Assembly (NCBI RefSeq): GCF_008831285.2
Contig: NC_045138.2
Location: 30,008,001-30,072,000 of the forward strand
DNA from: Nymphaea colorata
Lineage: Eukaryota
Length of the DNA stretch: 64,000 nt
Direction: 5' to 3'
Numbering within the stretch: position 1 is the first letter of the stretch; every line of letters begins with the position of its first letter. The notes under the pieces are model-generated. The model was given only the letters and a program-made list of their open reading frames with translations. It made no database searches and had not been told where the DNA came from. Both the position numbers and the translations under genes were made by a program. Below, in pieces: positions 27,477 to 41,540 of the stretch.

Positions 27477-28026
27477 TTGTAAACCTGTAAAACTAAAAAC
27501 ATTAGCAAAAACAACAAGAATGTACTTTTACGATAAGTAACAAAGCAGAAATCAAATTGGCATCAAAATTTTTCTCATGTTAAACAAAATCTCGTGTTAG
27601 TTTTTCATTTGATTTAATTGAAAGCGAGGTTTTCATTAAAGGAATCACGGAAAGTGATGTCTTTTAAAATTATAATAGACATGTAACTGACAATTTTACC
27701 ATGATTTTTCATAATTTTATTATCGTCATTTTAATAATCTAGGCACGATAAATGCCATTCCCATTCTTGGATGCTTATTTTAAGTTATATTATGGGAAAA
27801 CAAAATGTCTCCCATTGGCCATTAAGTGAATAATACGTTTGTAAACTTGAAACCAAAAAACCATTAGCTAAAAATAATGAGAATGTAATTTAGTGGTAAA
27901 GGGCAATATGGAAAAGAAATTTCCATGGACGTTCTTCCCTGGTTAAACAAAACTTCACTTCAAGTTTTATTTGACAGTTTTATGAAAAGTAACGCTTCCG
28001 TTAGAAAAAATCACACAAGGTGATAT

Positions 28027-28111
<85 letters not shown>

Positions 28112-28310
28112 AAAGTTGGCCTGAAAATGAAAATTTATTATGATTTCTCATATTTTTATTGTAACAATTTGATAAATCTTGGCAAGACTAATGATATTTT
28201 TGGATGCTTACTGTCACGTAATTTATTATGATTTCTCATATTTTTATTATAACAATTTGATTAATCCTGGCAATACTAATCACATTCTTGGATGATTACT
28301 GTTACGTGAT
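27477..28310. repeat. Old ~360-bp degenerate tandem duplication with a (TA)~39 tract and a younger ~88-bp duplication
   Basis: TTTGTAAAC...CATTAGC...GAATGTA, TTAAACAAAA, AATCAC...GTGAT and TTGGATGCTTA recur at about 27477-27780 and 27838-28210. (TA)n spans 28030-28107. Segment 28136-28222 resembles 28223-28310. Confidence 0.75.
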
Positions 28311-28943
28311 GATAAAGAAAACGATGGTAGTCTTGTTGACTTCATATATAAAACGCGCATTTGATGTCACGAAGGAATTATCAGGATACATACTTTTGTT
28401 TTGTCGGTGGCGAAAAATGGGATCCCTTCAACTTCTTTTAGCAATTAAACCCTCTTAGCACCTCTTATTCACTTCACCTGGGTTTGAAGGGGAGGTGCAA
28501 ATCACAGCACAACTTGCTTTCAATCTCAAAGGTTAATTGAAAGTTGATTGCATTCATACTTCAAATTTCTTACAAGAGATCATCGATGGAAGACGTTACT
28601 ACCAAGGTCTGCAAGAACGCTACAACATCAGTTTAAGAAAAACAACAAATAAAATACATGACTCTCTCCGTGTCCGTGTGCTGAGATGTTCCCCATAGAC
28701 ACTTCAACCCAGCATTACTTGTCTTGGTATATGTAAAATTCGTGCTGGCTGGTGTCTTCTCAGGTCAGAGATGACCGGTTCTGCTGTCTCTCTCTGATTG
28801 GTTTTTGAATAAAGAAAGAGATCCCCAATCGCAAGAAGTCAGAAACAGAGACCAGCAGAGGCAGAAAGAGGAGGGCGGGGGAGGGAAAGGCGTCTCCCAC
28901 TCTCGATGTCTTCCTGTACAGGAGAACAGGGGGTCCATTACTG

Positions 28944-31900
28944 ATGGGTGATGACAGGTTGGTAATTCCAATGGCCACAAGGGAGAGAGATAGAGAGTTA
29001 CTCATACCTGTCGGTGAATCCCACGAGGATGGTGACTCGAAAGCTTCATCTTCTTCTGCTTCTTCTTCCCATCACTCGGGCAAGGAGGTCAGTGTCCCTT
29101 TTCCATGTCTTTTTTTTTCCCCTTTAGCTCTCTGATTGCGTTTCTTTTCTCATGGGAATTATAATTTATTTGTTTCAGTTTCTCGTTCTCTTTTGGATTT
29201 TTCAGAGGGAATTTTGGGTCTACGCTGGTTTGTTGCGTGGAGTTTCATTCCCTTCGATTCTCTAACGCGCTTTTGACGAGTATTGTCTTGTTAATTCTTT
29301 CTCGTCGCTCATGGGTTTATGCCCAAGTCGATTGGGTTTGAAAATCAATTGGAATCATTTGATTAGCTTTTGTTTTTAAGGGTTTTTTTTGTTTTTGTTT
29401 TTGCGCCGTTTGGGAATGTTCCAATGCTAAGCTGATCTCCCTCTACCTTCTGTTTCGTTTCTTTATTTGGATGTGGCCTTTGTCGCAAGGCATTATTGAG
29501 CCTTCCTCACTTGCTTGGAATGGGAATTGATAAGTTAAGCATATCTAGGGGATATTGTTCCTGTTTGTTTTAGTCATGCCAGAAGGATTTGAAATACTTG
29601 TCGTTCCATATGCCAAATGGTCTTCAAATTCCTCAACGCAGTTACTGTAGTCTTGATAATCCAGTATAGAGTCTTTCTCATCATTTCTCCTGTCTGACCC
29701 TTTCACGTTCCTAGTTCCAACACAACTCAGATTCTGGTTGAACTTGATCAAGCGGTTTGCAGATGTTATGAAAAAAGGAAAGGTTGAGACTTCGAGTAGA
29801 ATGAAACTTGGGTTCACGTTTGACAATTGGGAATGCCATTAGTGACGTGAAGATATTGTAAACCAATGAAGTCTACGTATACTTTTTTCTTACATTTCGG
29901 AAAAGCTTAGTTGTCTGTTATTTCTTGGAGAAGCTTAATTGCTAAATCTTTTCCCATCTATCTTATCTGTTCCTTCTTCTTGCTTGCAATTCATTATTAT
30001 ATTTTTCTTGGTCTACAATCATATCTAAAAGAAGCATAGGTGCTAATTGAGACCTTTTCTCTTGGTATGCTGGAATATTTGGAAATATGCTGGTATTTGA
30101 TACAAACAACCGGTCTTACGACCCTAAATGAATTGTAGCATGCATAATTAGACCTTCGGTCAAAGCCATCTTTCAAACCACTTCTCTAATCTGTTGCCTT
30201 TAGGTTCCACACAACTTAAATTTTGGTCGAACTCGTTTAAACAGTTGACGAATATATCAAAATGGGGGAGGTTTGAAAACTTGTTGCTTCTATCAGCAAA
30301 ATTGTCAGTTGGTGCATGAAAGCGTAAAGGTTAGACCTTGTAAATGAGGGAAAACAACATTAACGTGGAAAGGAAATTGCAGGGTGGTTCCTTTTGAGGA
30401 TTCGATGAAAAAAAAAAAAAATAATGATGGAACTTTATAGTTTTGCTTTTTCTGGCAACAACCCATGTTGTGATTCATGTGGTAGTCAAGCAACACCTGT
30501 CTAGAAAGGCTGTCATAAATTGAATTTTCAATTTATGAGGTGAAGAATTTCTTTCTGTCCATTGAATAGAGTTAGTTGATGCTTTGCTAAATGATGCCCT
30601 TTTAGGGAATCAAAGGAGCGAAACGTCAGTCATATTACAAGGAAGGGATTCTTGGGTTCCCTCCTCTGTCTCGATGTGGAGCACTCATTCCTTGATTTTC
30701 TTGTTTCATTTCAAAATTTTCAATTCATACACACAAAAAAAAAGGCTGATTCGGCAGCTTTTTGTTCAATTTTTCATGGAGTTGAATCCTCATGAGTTCT
30801 CCAGGTGAAGAACGAAGCACTTGCAAAGCTTTGTGTTAAAGCTTTGCGAGTTGGGCAATTATTGCGAGTGATGCCTTTTGAGGGCCTCATCTCCTGCACA
30901 TGTGGTTGCGGGGCATGGGTACATGCCTTTACAAGAAAATGAGTTAATAGGTTATCTACTTGAAGACTATAATCATGGCCGTGTAAGGTAATTGGGCTCA
31001 GAGAAGTCCCGAGTCTTCTGACCTACACAAATCTTATATCCTACCTGATACATGCTTGTGTTCTTGGGATCAAAGTCTAGCATTTAGTAAGTTTAGCTGA
31101 TGGTGGTTTGCAAAGTATGGAAACTGTAAACTAGTCAAATTGAGTTTCCTAGTTCTTGTACATGGTGAGAATAAAAGTGATTCTTAGTTTTCCCTATTTG
31201 GAGTGCCTGATGCACCTATTATTTAGGCAGGTGCCATTTGTCCAGAGAGCCCTGTGCACAAAGAATGGGACTTCAGCACATTTCTCTATTCAAGCAGGAT
31301 TTGCACCTGCAGAGATGGGAGCTATAATTAGTGATTTTTTTTCCTTTTAATCATCAACCTGAAAAATTGACACTAACAAGATAATCAATGTGCCAATGAA
31401 AGATAAGAGAATTTCCTTTCTCCTAAATTCCGTGTTTGCAAGTGGATCCTAAGTTTCAGGAAAAGGTTCCAGACGTGGCATGTTTCTCAAGCAAAATGCA
31501 ATATGAACAACAGAATTTGTAGCCCCCTTCTTTTCTTTTGGCTTTTTCATCAAGTATTCCTGTTTGGATTGGGAAGCTCAAGTTTAATATGTCTTTCTTT
31601 TCTAGGCATTTTATAAAGTTCTTCGAAGCTGGGCATCAAAGAAGTTCATGACAGGATGGTGAGTTTCTTCTTTTTTAAGTTACAGCAATCAAATTTTCTT
31701 TCCTTCCTCATACAATACAAATTGATTATTTTGATGGTTTATCAATACTATGGTGAGCTGAACTCTCTTATTTCTTTTGTGGTCCTTGTGGTGCACCTTT
31801 TGCAAAGGCTGCTCCATATGTGTGTGTGTAAGAGGTAATGGATTGGTTTGATACAACTTTTTCTTCAAATTTAAAGTGTATACTCCTTCATTTGTTCTTT

Positions 31901-33423
31901 TTTCCTAAGGTATACCAATGTAATACTGAAGCATACCTTAGATTTATTTGTGACCATCAAGGAACTTTATGAAGTCAAGGTGTAATGTGTGATTCAGAAA
32001 TAGAGATGAGAACAATGTACTCAGTTGAAGGTGATTTGAGTGCTTTTTTTGGTAATTATTGTCTTTTACTCTGTTTCACGTTGCCTTATTTAATTTTTGC
32101 AGTGTTATCCTGTTTCCTATAGCAATTACTTTCTACATTACATGGTGGTTTATTCGTTTGGTAGATGGATTTTTTTCTCCAATATATGCACAACTGGGCA
32201 TCAACATATTTGGTAAGTAAGTTATGAGTTTTTCTTTTGAAAGAAATGTTTAGATGGCTGTGCTTGAACCTTGTTCACATTTTATGCTTTGTGTCATTAT
32301 TTAATTGCATTTAGAATCTCACTTTATTGTTGTTGTCCCTCTTCCAGGACTTGGGTTTGTAACCTCCATAGCTTTCATCTTTTTGGTTGGGGTCTTCATG
32401 TCTTCATGGCTTGGAGCATCTGTGCTGAACCTGGGAGAGTGGTTCATTAAAAGAATGCCATTTGTGCGTCACATTTATAATGCATCTAAGCAAATTAGTG
32501 CTGCAATCTCACCTGGTAGGTCACTTCCTAAATCCTACTACCTCAATTTACAATCTACGTGCCTACGTTGATTCTGACTTTTGTGTTGGACAAACGCAGA
32601 CCAGAACAGCCAAGCATTCAAGGAAGTTGCCATCATACGACACCCACGAGTTGGTGAATATGCATTTGGTTTCATCACCTCAGCTGTTACTCTTCAGGTT
32701 TATACTTTATAGTTTATACTGATCCTTCCCGTGAATCCATCGGTTTTTGTTTGATTCTTTGAACTTTTCTATAAGGAAACTTTATGCTTTGGAGATTATT
32801 TTGCCCCTAGATGATGTGTATAAAAGTTTGTCAGCACAAAAAAAAACTACTATTTTAAGTCTGATTTGTGTATGAGTTAATCAGAAAGCTACAAGGTGCT
32901 TCTCAACTCTTCTGAAATCAGTCTGTCAGCTTTTCATTTTTTTTATCGGTTTTTATGTATCATGCGGATTAGAATGGGTTAGGTAATCTATTTCTAATTT
33001 GGATAATACAGACATCTGCCTGATTGCTTGTTTATTTGTTTTTTCTACGCTTGCTTTAAATCTCTGTCATTCTAACCTTATGGTCCCTCATTTAGCACTA
33101 TTCCGGTGAAGAGGAGCTCTGCTGTGTCTACGTACCCACCAACCACCTTTACATTGGTGATATATTCCTGATCAATTCGAAAGATGTCATCAGGCCAAAT
33201 TTATCAGTCCGTGAAGGAATTGGTAAGCATTCATTTTGCAGCAGCTCTTCTTCCATCATTATGCAATAGATTTTCCTTTATCAACATTTAAGCAATAAAC
33301 TGATTTTGTGGGGTAAATATTGCAGAGATTGTCGTTTCTGTTGGAATGTCAATGCCCCAGATATTGTCAATGTTAGACTCGCAAATTATTCAAGCTGATA
33401 GGACGAGATCTACCAGAAGTTGA
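28944..33423 (+). CDS. COV1: CONTINUOUS VASCULAR RING 1 / LIKE COV (DUF502) protein, paralog A
   Basis: Exons 28944-29087, 31606-31658, 32103-32212, 32348-32515, 32600-32697, 33096-33222, 33326-33423. Motifs: RERDRELLIPV, SWASKKFMTGCVILFPIAITFYITWWF, GEWFIKRMPFVRHIYNASKQISAAISPDQNSQAFKEVAIIRHPRVGEYAFGFIT, VYVPTNHLYIGDIFL, PNLSVREGIEIVVS. Confidence 0.95.
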
Positions 33424-35278
33424 AGCAATCGGACTGCTTTATGCATCTCATCAAGTATACTGAATGCCATCAGTCTTTTCTACTGTTTGGTGTAAATTTT
33501 TTCGGCTGTTCTCACAAGCTTTCTTGCTGAAGCCTGATGTTCTATAGTTCCATGGCTTCTTGGTCACATGTAAATTATAGATGGAATTTCGGAAAATTTT
33601 ACAGCGTGGAAGGACAAGATTTGTGCTCTTTGATTGTGGTGCTTTGTTAGTTAAGTCCTTGCATCATGTCTTCCTGTGATCCTTGTAGAAACCTTACGAA
33701 TTTGAATTTCATGTTTATGACAACTGCCGTAAGGTTGCAGCATGGAAACAACTTCTTGTCTTTAAGACGTGCCAATCTCAGGCAGGTTTTGGAAATGGTG
33801 TGGAGTTGTTTAAAGCTTGTAAGATAAGAAACAAAGAAATACTGCACATCGCTTTTATTATTGTCATTGTTTTCCGGATCACCGGGGAAAGCTGCCTGCA
33901 CTTCTTTTGTAGTTGATTAGAGCATTCCTGTCAAGCAAATATTTGGATTTTGGCATTTATCTGAGAAACGTAGCCTTGAATCTTTCCTTCTTCAAGTAAC
34001 GCTGTACAAGCAGGAACAATACAATGGCACATTCATGTTTGAACTTGCGATAATTCATGAAAGCAATTTGTGGCCCTCAGAATGCGTCATTTATGATATG
34101 ACCCGCAATTCATGGCCCTCAGACAGACAGAAAAAGGAAGACAAGAACCTCGGAATGCTGGAAACCATCCATGGTCTTGGGAATCAGCAAAATATGACTT
34201 GAATATTGCAGATTACTATCAGGAAATGTCATCTCTTTCACCTTCTATTACTATAGTTTGAGTATCTGTCAATATGATCTTGTCAAATCTATGATAAGGA
34301 CAACAAAAGTATCGTAGCTTTTCCAAAACCATATCCAAGAAATTTGCATATAAACTTAGTAACTGAAGGAAAACCTTAAGTATCATGACCTGTGATTCTA
34401 TCCACATGAATCGGCGGCGGCACAAAAGAAGCTTGTAACAAAAGAAAGGAGAAAAAGACATCAAAATAAAACAAAAGATATGTGCTCGAACTTCATTATG
34501 CATTGTAGGAGTTCCACCTTCGGCAGAGTGATGCAACTGCTTTGGCATATGCTTCTTCATCATCGTTAGAAGCTCTCGTGCATGACAAAGCTATTCAATA
34601 CACACAATTACCATGAACATTAATTCCTCTACTCATGCCCCACCACCTCCAATCCTGAAAATGTTGCCTAATCACTTCAATCCCTATCAGTGGAGTCTAT
34701 TAGTGCTTGAAAACACAAGTGTGATTAAGGGTCAGTTTTGGAGTATACTACCCAACTGATCCTTGCTTAAGGGTTTTGTTCGGTGAGTAAAAAGAGTATT
34801 TTATCCTGCCACTCAATAAAAAGTACCGATGCTTCAGGTTAACAGTCTTGTTGTACATGTCAATAAATATATATTGAGCAGGAGGTGTGAGAAACTTAGA
34901 ACCCAATGATCTCTCTCACTCCCTGGAGAAACAGATACAAATGGTTAGAAAAAAAAAGTAATTTTTTCAAAGGTTAGCATGCTCAAACCCGAAGATAAGA
35001 TATCTGCGTAGACAATATTTGAGTCATTTCAGCGCCGATGCCTTTATCTCATTTATTGTTTTTTTTTTCATTTTAAATTAATTTCAAATATTTAAATTCA
35101 TTAAACATAAAATTAGGGCAGATACACAACGCGGCGAAAAGCAACATTAGCTTTCTGACCAATTTGCCCCGATATCAGGAAGATTGAGCAACGCTTAATA
35201 GGTTTCATACTTTATCGGGCAAAGGAGATGGCTTAGTGGAAGCCGTTACGTCTACTAATGTGTATGAGCTCCCACCGA

Positions 35279-35339
35279 ACCCTATGGTATCATTTTAAGA
35301 AGAAATTAACCCTATGGTATCATTTTAAGAAGAAATTAA
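35279..35339. repeat. 30-bp tandem duplication upstream of COV1 paralog B
   Basis: ACCCTATGGTATCATTTTAAGAAGAAATTA occurs twice in tandem. Confidence 0.9.
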
Positions 35340-35605
35340 GTATATGATAAAGAAGATCCGTGGCTCTGTACAGAGGTGTTTCCCGTAAGCAATTCCTTCT
35401 CTCTTCCTCGTGCTGAGTGGCTGTCCACAGGAGGGTGACCAGTTTTTCTGCTTCCTTGGTTGGTTTCTGAATAAAGAAGAAGATCCCCAATCTCACTAAA
35501 TCAGATACTAATACCAGCAAAGATAGAAAGAGGAGGGAGGGGGAGAGAAAGGCACGTCCTGTTCTCTATGTCTTCCGGTATAGGAGAAGAGGGGGTCCGT
35601 TGCTG

Positions 35606-38600
35606 ATGGGTGATAATAAATCGGTGAGTCCGATGGCGGCAAGAGAGAGAGACAGAGAGCTGCTCATACCTGTTGGCGAGTCCCACGAGGATGGCGATTC
35701 AAAGGCTTCATCTTCTACTGCTTCATCTCATCACTCGGGCAAGGAGGTCAGTGTCCCGTTTGCATTCATTCTCTTTCCTTTTTTGTGTGTGTGTGTGTGT
35801 TTTTTTTGTTTATTTGTGTCATTGGTATTCCGTTTTTCTTTTCTCGTTTTTATGGAAATTTCGAAGGGATGGGTCAGGGTTTTTGGGGTTAGGTTGGTTA
35901 AAATTTGAGAGTTTCATTGCCTTTGATTCTTTAACGCACTTTTGACAACTATGGTCTTGTTTATTGTTTCTCATCGCTAATGGCTTCATGCCCAACAGCC
36001 CAAGTGGTTTTGGTATTGAAATTCGATCGGTGTCACTTCTGCTTTTAGGGTTTTTTGCTGTTAGGAGATAACGTACTTGCTAATCTGATCTCCTATACCT
36101 TCTTTGTTTTTTCTTTATGTCGGCGTAGTCTTCGTTGGAAAGCATTTTAGTCTTCATCATTGTCCTTGAATGAGGCAAAAGAGTTGCTGTTTGTTTTGCT
36201 TATGCTGGAAGAAACCTGACCTTTGATATGATAGGTGTTCCTCAAATTCCTAAATGAAACGATAGCAGTCGTGATAATCCAGCACAGTTTTCCCATAAGC
36301 TCTCTTGTCCTTTCAAGTTCCATTTCAACACAGATTCATGTTGAACTTGTTGAAGCGGTTCACAGATATTATGGAGAAAGGCAAGAGTGAATCTTTCAGT
36401 AGAGTAGGGTGAAGCTTGGATGCCATTTGACAATGGAAACCTAACTATGACCTAAACAAAATAAAAAAGAGCTTTGTCTTATCTTCCTAGTTAGTGCACA
36501 AATTGGTGAGATGTCACATGCTTACAATTGGTTCCGCTGCAATGGGTTTGATGATGAAACAACATCTATCTAGAAAAGCTGTCATATCGTATGAATTAGT
36601 GAGTTGATGAAATGAAGAAATTTCTCATTCTGATTCTATGCACTGACTGCCGCAGCACATCTTGCCTTTTGGGTGCTCATATTTCAAGTCCATGTTTTTT
36701 ACACTAAAGCATGGATTTGAGAGAGATTCCCTCAGATCTCAGATCCGTGGGGAATCAAATGCAACCTAAAGGTGCAATGAGAGCGGTTTCTCATGTTCAA
36801 GATCTCTGGTGCTTTCTCATGGAATCCAAACCGAGATTCAATCTGTAAAAAGATACCACTTAATTAGTCTATGTTGCACAGACTCCCCTAGTTAATAAAA
36901 AAGTTCATTCTTATCTTGTCCATCACCATCACATCTGGACTTGTTGGACATGGCTATTTTCAAATTTCTGTTAATGCTGTTGAGGATGCTGCAAATAGCA
37001 TATCAAGTGTAGAAGACTCCATTATGGTGTATGGACATTTCAGGAAAAGGAAGGTTGCAGTTGTGTCCCTAGGGGCTTGTTGGAATAAATGGTGGTTCTT
37101 AGCCTCTTAGGGTATAATTTTACTTGAATATCATCTATATGGTGCACAATGAATACTTAATGATAACAATTAACAAGCTTTATGTATTTTGTCTTGTAGA
37201 GAAGCATAGCAATTTTATTTAAAGCTTCAAATGTTTTGTTAATTGTCCATATGCCTTTTTTTTTGGGTCATGAAAAGATTTTTATTTGATCAGGATTCAT
37301 CTTTGCGTGTTTTCCTTTCCCTGCTTCTCCTTGTAACCTCTATTTTTTCTGTTCAATTTTGTTTTAAATATATGACTTTACATAAAATTTTGCACAACAA
37401 GAACCAAATATCTGCAATTCTTTCTGGTATTCTTTGTCCATTCATTTTGCTTTCCTCTAACAATGATTATTCCTCTGAATGGTAATCAATGAATGCTTGT
37501 CTGCTTGCGATTTCTCTTACAAAATATAGAAATTTTGCTTGAAAGCTTATACTTGTCATAATTAATTCCATTAAAAAATCATGAGACCAGGTGTATCTGT
37601 AAGTTTATTATCTCTTTTCCTTTCAATATGCTGATTGTTGTATTAACATGGTTATCACATTTATAAATATGAGCATGATTTTATTTCCAAGCTAGTAGAA
37701 TGTACTAAACATATTGTAGGTTTTTGAGTAAGATCAAGATGTGTCATGTTTCTCAAGCAAGAATCCTGATAAAAATAAGATAGGACATTGAGACATGTAA
37801 TAACTAATAAGGAAATCAGATGAAATGTAATATGTTACAAGATTCTGTGGCACACAGAATGATCATGTGCATGTATTAACCAGGCTGTAAAACAAACTTC
37901 ATATTGAACATGTTTAGCAGTTTATCCCCCCTTTGTCTTGGAGCACACAAGCATGTAGAAACCAGCATATGGGCAAATGTTATATTATTAGGAGGATGTG
38001 AAACTTAGGATGCTCATTTTGCTTGGCAGAAAATTTGAATGTTTAAACTTCTGCATGTTCAATCTTGTTGTTTGCTTCTTGATGTTTTTGTGCTGTGTAA
38101 AATTTTTTTTCTTTAAGTAGATATATGCCAATGGCATCTTATGATTGACTATGCTAAAATAGGATGTCAGAAAAGAAAATTCAAGAAATGAAGTTTCTGT
38201 TTGCTTGTAATATTTTTCATTAGCAATCTGAGAAAGTTGTCCAGTTTATATACTTTACAGTTTACACTTGTTCTTTATGCTCTGTTTCCTTCTCATTGGA
38301 CTTTGCTTCATCACTAGCTACTTTGGCCATCCTATTGCCTGCTCAGGCTTCAGTCTATGTACATATAGTTATGTTGTGTTGGTCTGTAGGCTCATCAATA
38401 TCAATATTCAAGGCATTCTATTCATCCTAAAGTATCATCCCTCCAGCCAATAGTGGCTACTGGATGAACGATGAACTATCTTGTTGCTTGTAATATATTT
38501 CAATCTGAGAAAATTGTCCAGTTTATATACTTTACACTAGTTGTTTATGCTCTGTTTCCTTCTCACTGGACTTTGCTTCATCACTAGCTTTGGCCATCTT

Positions 38601-39857
38601 TGCCTGCTCAGGTTTTAGTCTATGTACATATAATTATGTTGTGTTGTTCTATAGGCTCCTCAATATCAAGATTCAAGATATTCTGTTCATGCTAAAGTGT
38701 CATCCCTCCAGCCAATAGTAGCCACTGGATGAAAGATATTTCAGTAGATGTTTCAACAAAAAAGTTTTATCAGTACATAAAAAGGTGTCAAAATGCCTGC
38801 ATGTCCATTTACAATTTTCTATTGCAAGCTGACATGAGGGTGTTGGAAACAAAAGTCTCATGCTGGCTTGCTCTCTTGTTGTACTACTGTATGCCAACTA
38901 TGTCTAGTTACATGTTATGCCATTGTTTCTTTTTGGTGATTTATCTGATGCACTTGAATAGTCATGCTTCGCTATGTGTTCAGTTAGTGCATATGCATTT
39001 GTGTAGTCCATCGTATGTGCTGAATTGCGAAAGTATGAGTTTGTGAGTCGTATATTATATACTTATCTATGCCTGACATTATTTCATCAAGTTTGACCAG
39101 AATCTAATTTTTGTGGAACCTAAAAGGAACAGATTAGCGAAGTGGTCTAGATGACATTTTTCAAGTGAGGATTTGAGGTACCCATGCTATGACTCATTTA
39201 GGGCCAATTAGAGGACCAGTTGATCATATCACATGTCAAGCTATTTCCAAAATTTTCAGCATAACTAAGATAACCAATCTCAATTAGCGTCTCTCCTTTC
39301 CTTAGATATGTTTGTAAAGCGACTCCTTTTCTTTAGAGATGTTTGTAAAGCGAGGAAAGCATGATAAAGAATTGCAACAATGAAATAACAGCAGATAAGG
39401 TAGGACGAGAAAAAGTTTAGCAATTAAGCTTCTCCTGAAAAGTAAGAAACCAGCAAGTGTATGTGAATTCCATGTATTGGAAATATTGGTAATGGGGATG
39501 ACCAAATTAGGCATGAAGAACAACAGATTTATAGAGCCTGCTTTTTTTCGTTATTTTTTTCATCAAGTATTCTTGTTTGGATCTTGAATCTCATATTTTA
39601 CTTATTCTTATCTTTTTTTAGGCATTTTATAAAGTTATTCGAAGCTGGGCCTCAAAGAAATTCATGACAGGATGGTGAGTTTCTCCTTTCCTAAGTTACA
39701 CGCAACCAACCTTTATTCCTCCCTCATACAACATGGGTTTGCTTATCTTGGTGGCTTATCAATTCGTTGATTAGCTGAACTCTCTTTATTTCTTATGTAC
39801 TATTCGTTGTAGTTTTTTCGATGGTTCTCCTATGTGTGTGTGTGTGTATGCGCGCGC

Positions 39858-39891
<34 letters not shown>

Positions 39892-41540
39892 TGGCTTGGT
39901 TTGACTTAGGCCTTTTTTTTTTTCCAAATTTAAGGTGCATGTACCTTTCTTTCTTCCTTTTTCCTTATGGTATGCAAATGTAGTACTGAAGCATATCTTA
40001 GATTTATGTGTGACTATTGAAGAGCTGTATGAAGTTGATGTATCACGGCCAATTCTGAAAAAGAGATAGAACACTGATGTATTATCTACTCTAATTTTTT
40101 TTTGAAGATATTTTTGTTTGTGTATATGCATGTGCATGCACCTCTCTTCGCAGTTTGAATACATTGCTTTTGAATTGTAATCTATGTAAGTCAAAACATT
40201 GAAATTGAGGTGATTTGGATGCTTTAGTGTGCAAATTGTTGTCTTTTAGTCCGTCTCAACAATCCTTGTTTGTTTTTGCAGTGTCATCCTGTTTCCTATA
40301 GCAATCACTTTCTACATTACGTGGTGGTTTATTCATTTTGTGGATGGGTTTTTTTCTCCAATATATGCTCAACTGGGCATCAACATATTTGGTAAGTATT
40401 CGTTCTTATTTGAAAGAAATGGTTATGATGATGTGCTTGAAACTTATTCCCATTTTATGCTTTGTCTCATCATTTAATTGCATTTAGAATCTCAGTTTGT
40501 TGTTGCTGTCCCTCTTCCAGGACTTGGTTTCGTAACCTCCATAACTTTCATCTTTTTGGTTGGGGTTTTCATGTCTTCATGGCTTGGAGCATCTGTGCTG
40601 AACCTGGGAGAGTGGTTCATTAAAAGAATGCCATTTGTGCGGCACATTTATAATGCATCTAAGCAAATTAGCGCAGCAATATCACCTGGCAAGTCACTTC
40701 CTAAAATTTATCACCTCAATTTTCAATCTAAGTGCCTATTTTGTTACTGATTTTCATGTTGTACAAATGCAGACCAGAACAGCCAAGCCTTCAAGGAAGT
40801 TGCCATCATAAGGCACCCACGAGTTGGTGAATATGCATTTGGTTTCATCACCTCATCTGTTACTCTGCAGGTCCATACTGGTCCTCCCTGTGATCTTGTC
40901 AGCTCTCATTCTATTCTCTGAACCTTCTTATGAAGAAAATCTGATGCTTTAGAAAATTATTTTTTACCTAGAAGATGTGTATAAAAGTGTCAACATGAGG
41001 TTGTCAGAAAGTTACAAGGGTTTCCCAACTTTTCCAAGGTTGTCGGCTTTTCCATCTCTTAATTGATTTTTGTGCATCACGTGGATTAGAATGGGTTAGG
41101 CAGTTTAACTATAATTTTGTTGATACTAACATTTATCTGATTTCTTTTTTGTTTGTTTTCTCTACACTTGTTTCAAGCATCTGTTATGCTAACCTTATGA
41201 TCCCTCGTTTAGCACTATTCTGGTGAAGAGGAGCTCTGCTGTGTCTATGTACCCACCAACCACCTTTACATTGGTGATATATTCCTGATCAATTCAAAAG
41301 ATGTTATCAGGCCAAATTTATCGGTCCGTGAAGGAATTGGTAAGCATTCATTTGCAGCTTCCCTTCTTGCACCAGTATGGACTAGCGTCCTTTTTTCGAC
41401 AGTTAAGCAATAACCTCGTTTTATGTGGGTTAAATCCTGCAGAGATTGTCGTTTCTGGTGGGATGTCAATGCCCCAGATATTATCAACGCTAGACTCCGA
41501 TGTTATTCAAGTTGACAGGACGAGAGCTACCAGAAGCTGA
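35606..41540 (+). CDS. COV1: CONTINUOUS VASCULAR RING 1 / LIKE COV (DUF502) protein, paralog B
   Basis: Exons 35606-35746, 39622-39674, 40282-40391, 40521-40688, 40773-40870, 41213-41339, 41443-41540. Exons 2-7 are the same size as in paralog A. Intron 4 has the donor GCAAGT. Confidence 0.95.
38201..38733. repeat. ~270-bp tandem duplication inside intron 1 of COV1-B
   Basis: TGCTTGTAATAT...CAATCTGAGAAA.TTGTCCAGTTTATATACTTTACA...CATCCCTCCAGCCAATAGT.GC.ACTGGATGAA occurs at about 38201-38468 and 38485-38733. Confidence 0.9.

Noticed and set aside
34219..34600. Exon-like stretches between the COV1 paralogs
   Set aside because: I could not build a coherent spliced ORF or recognise a family.
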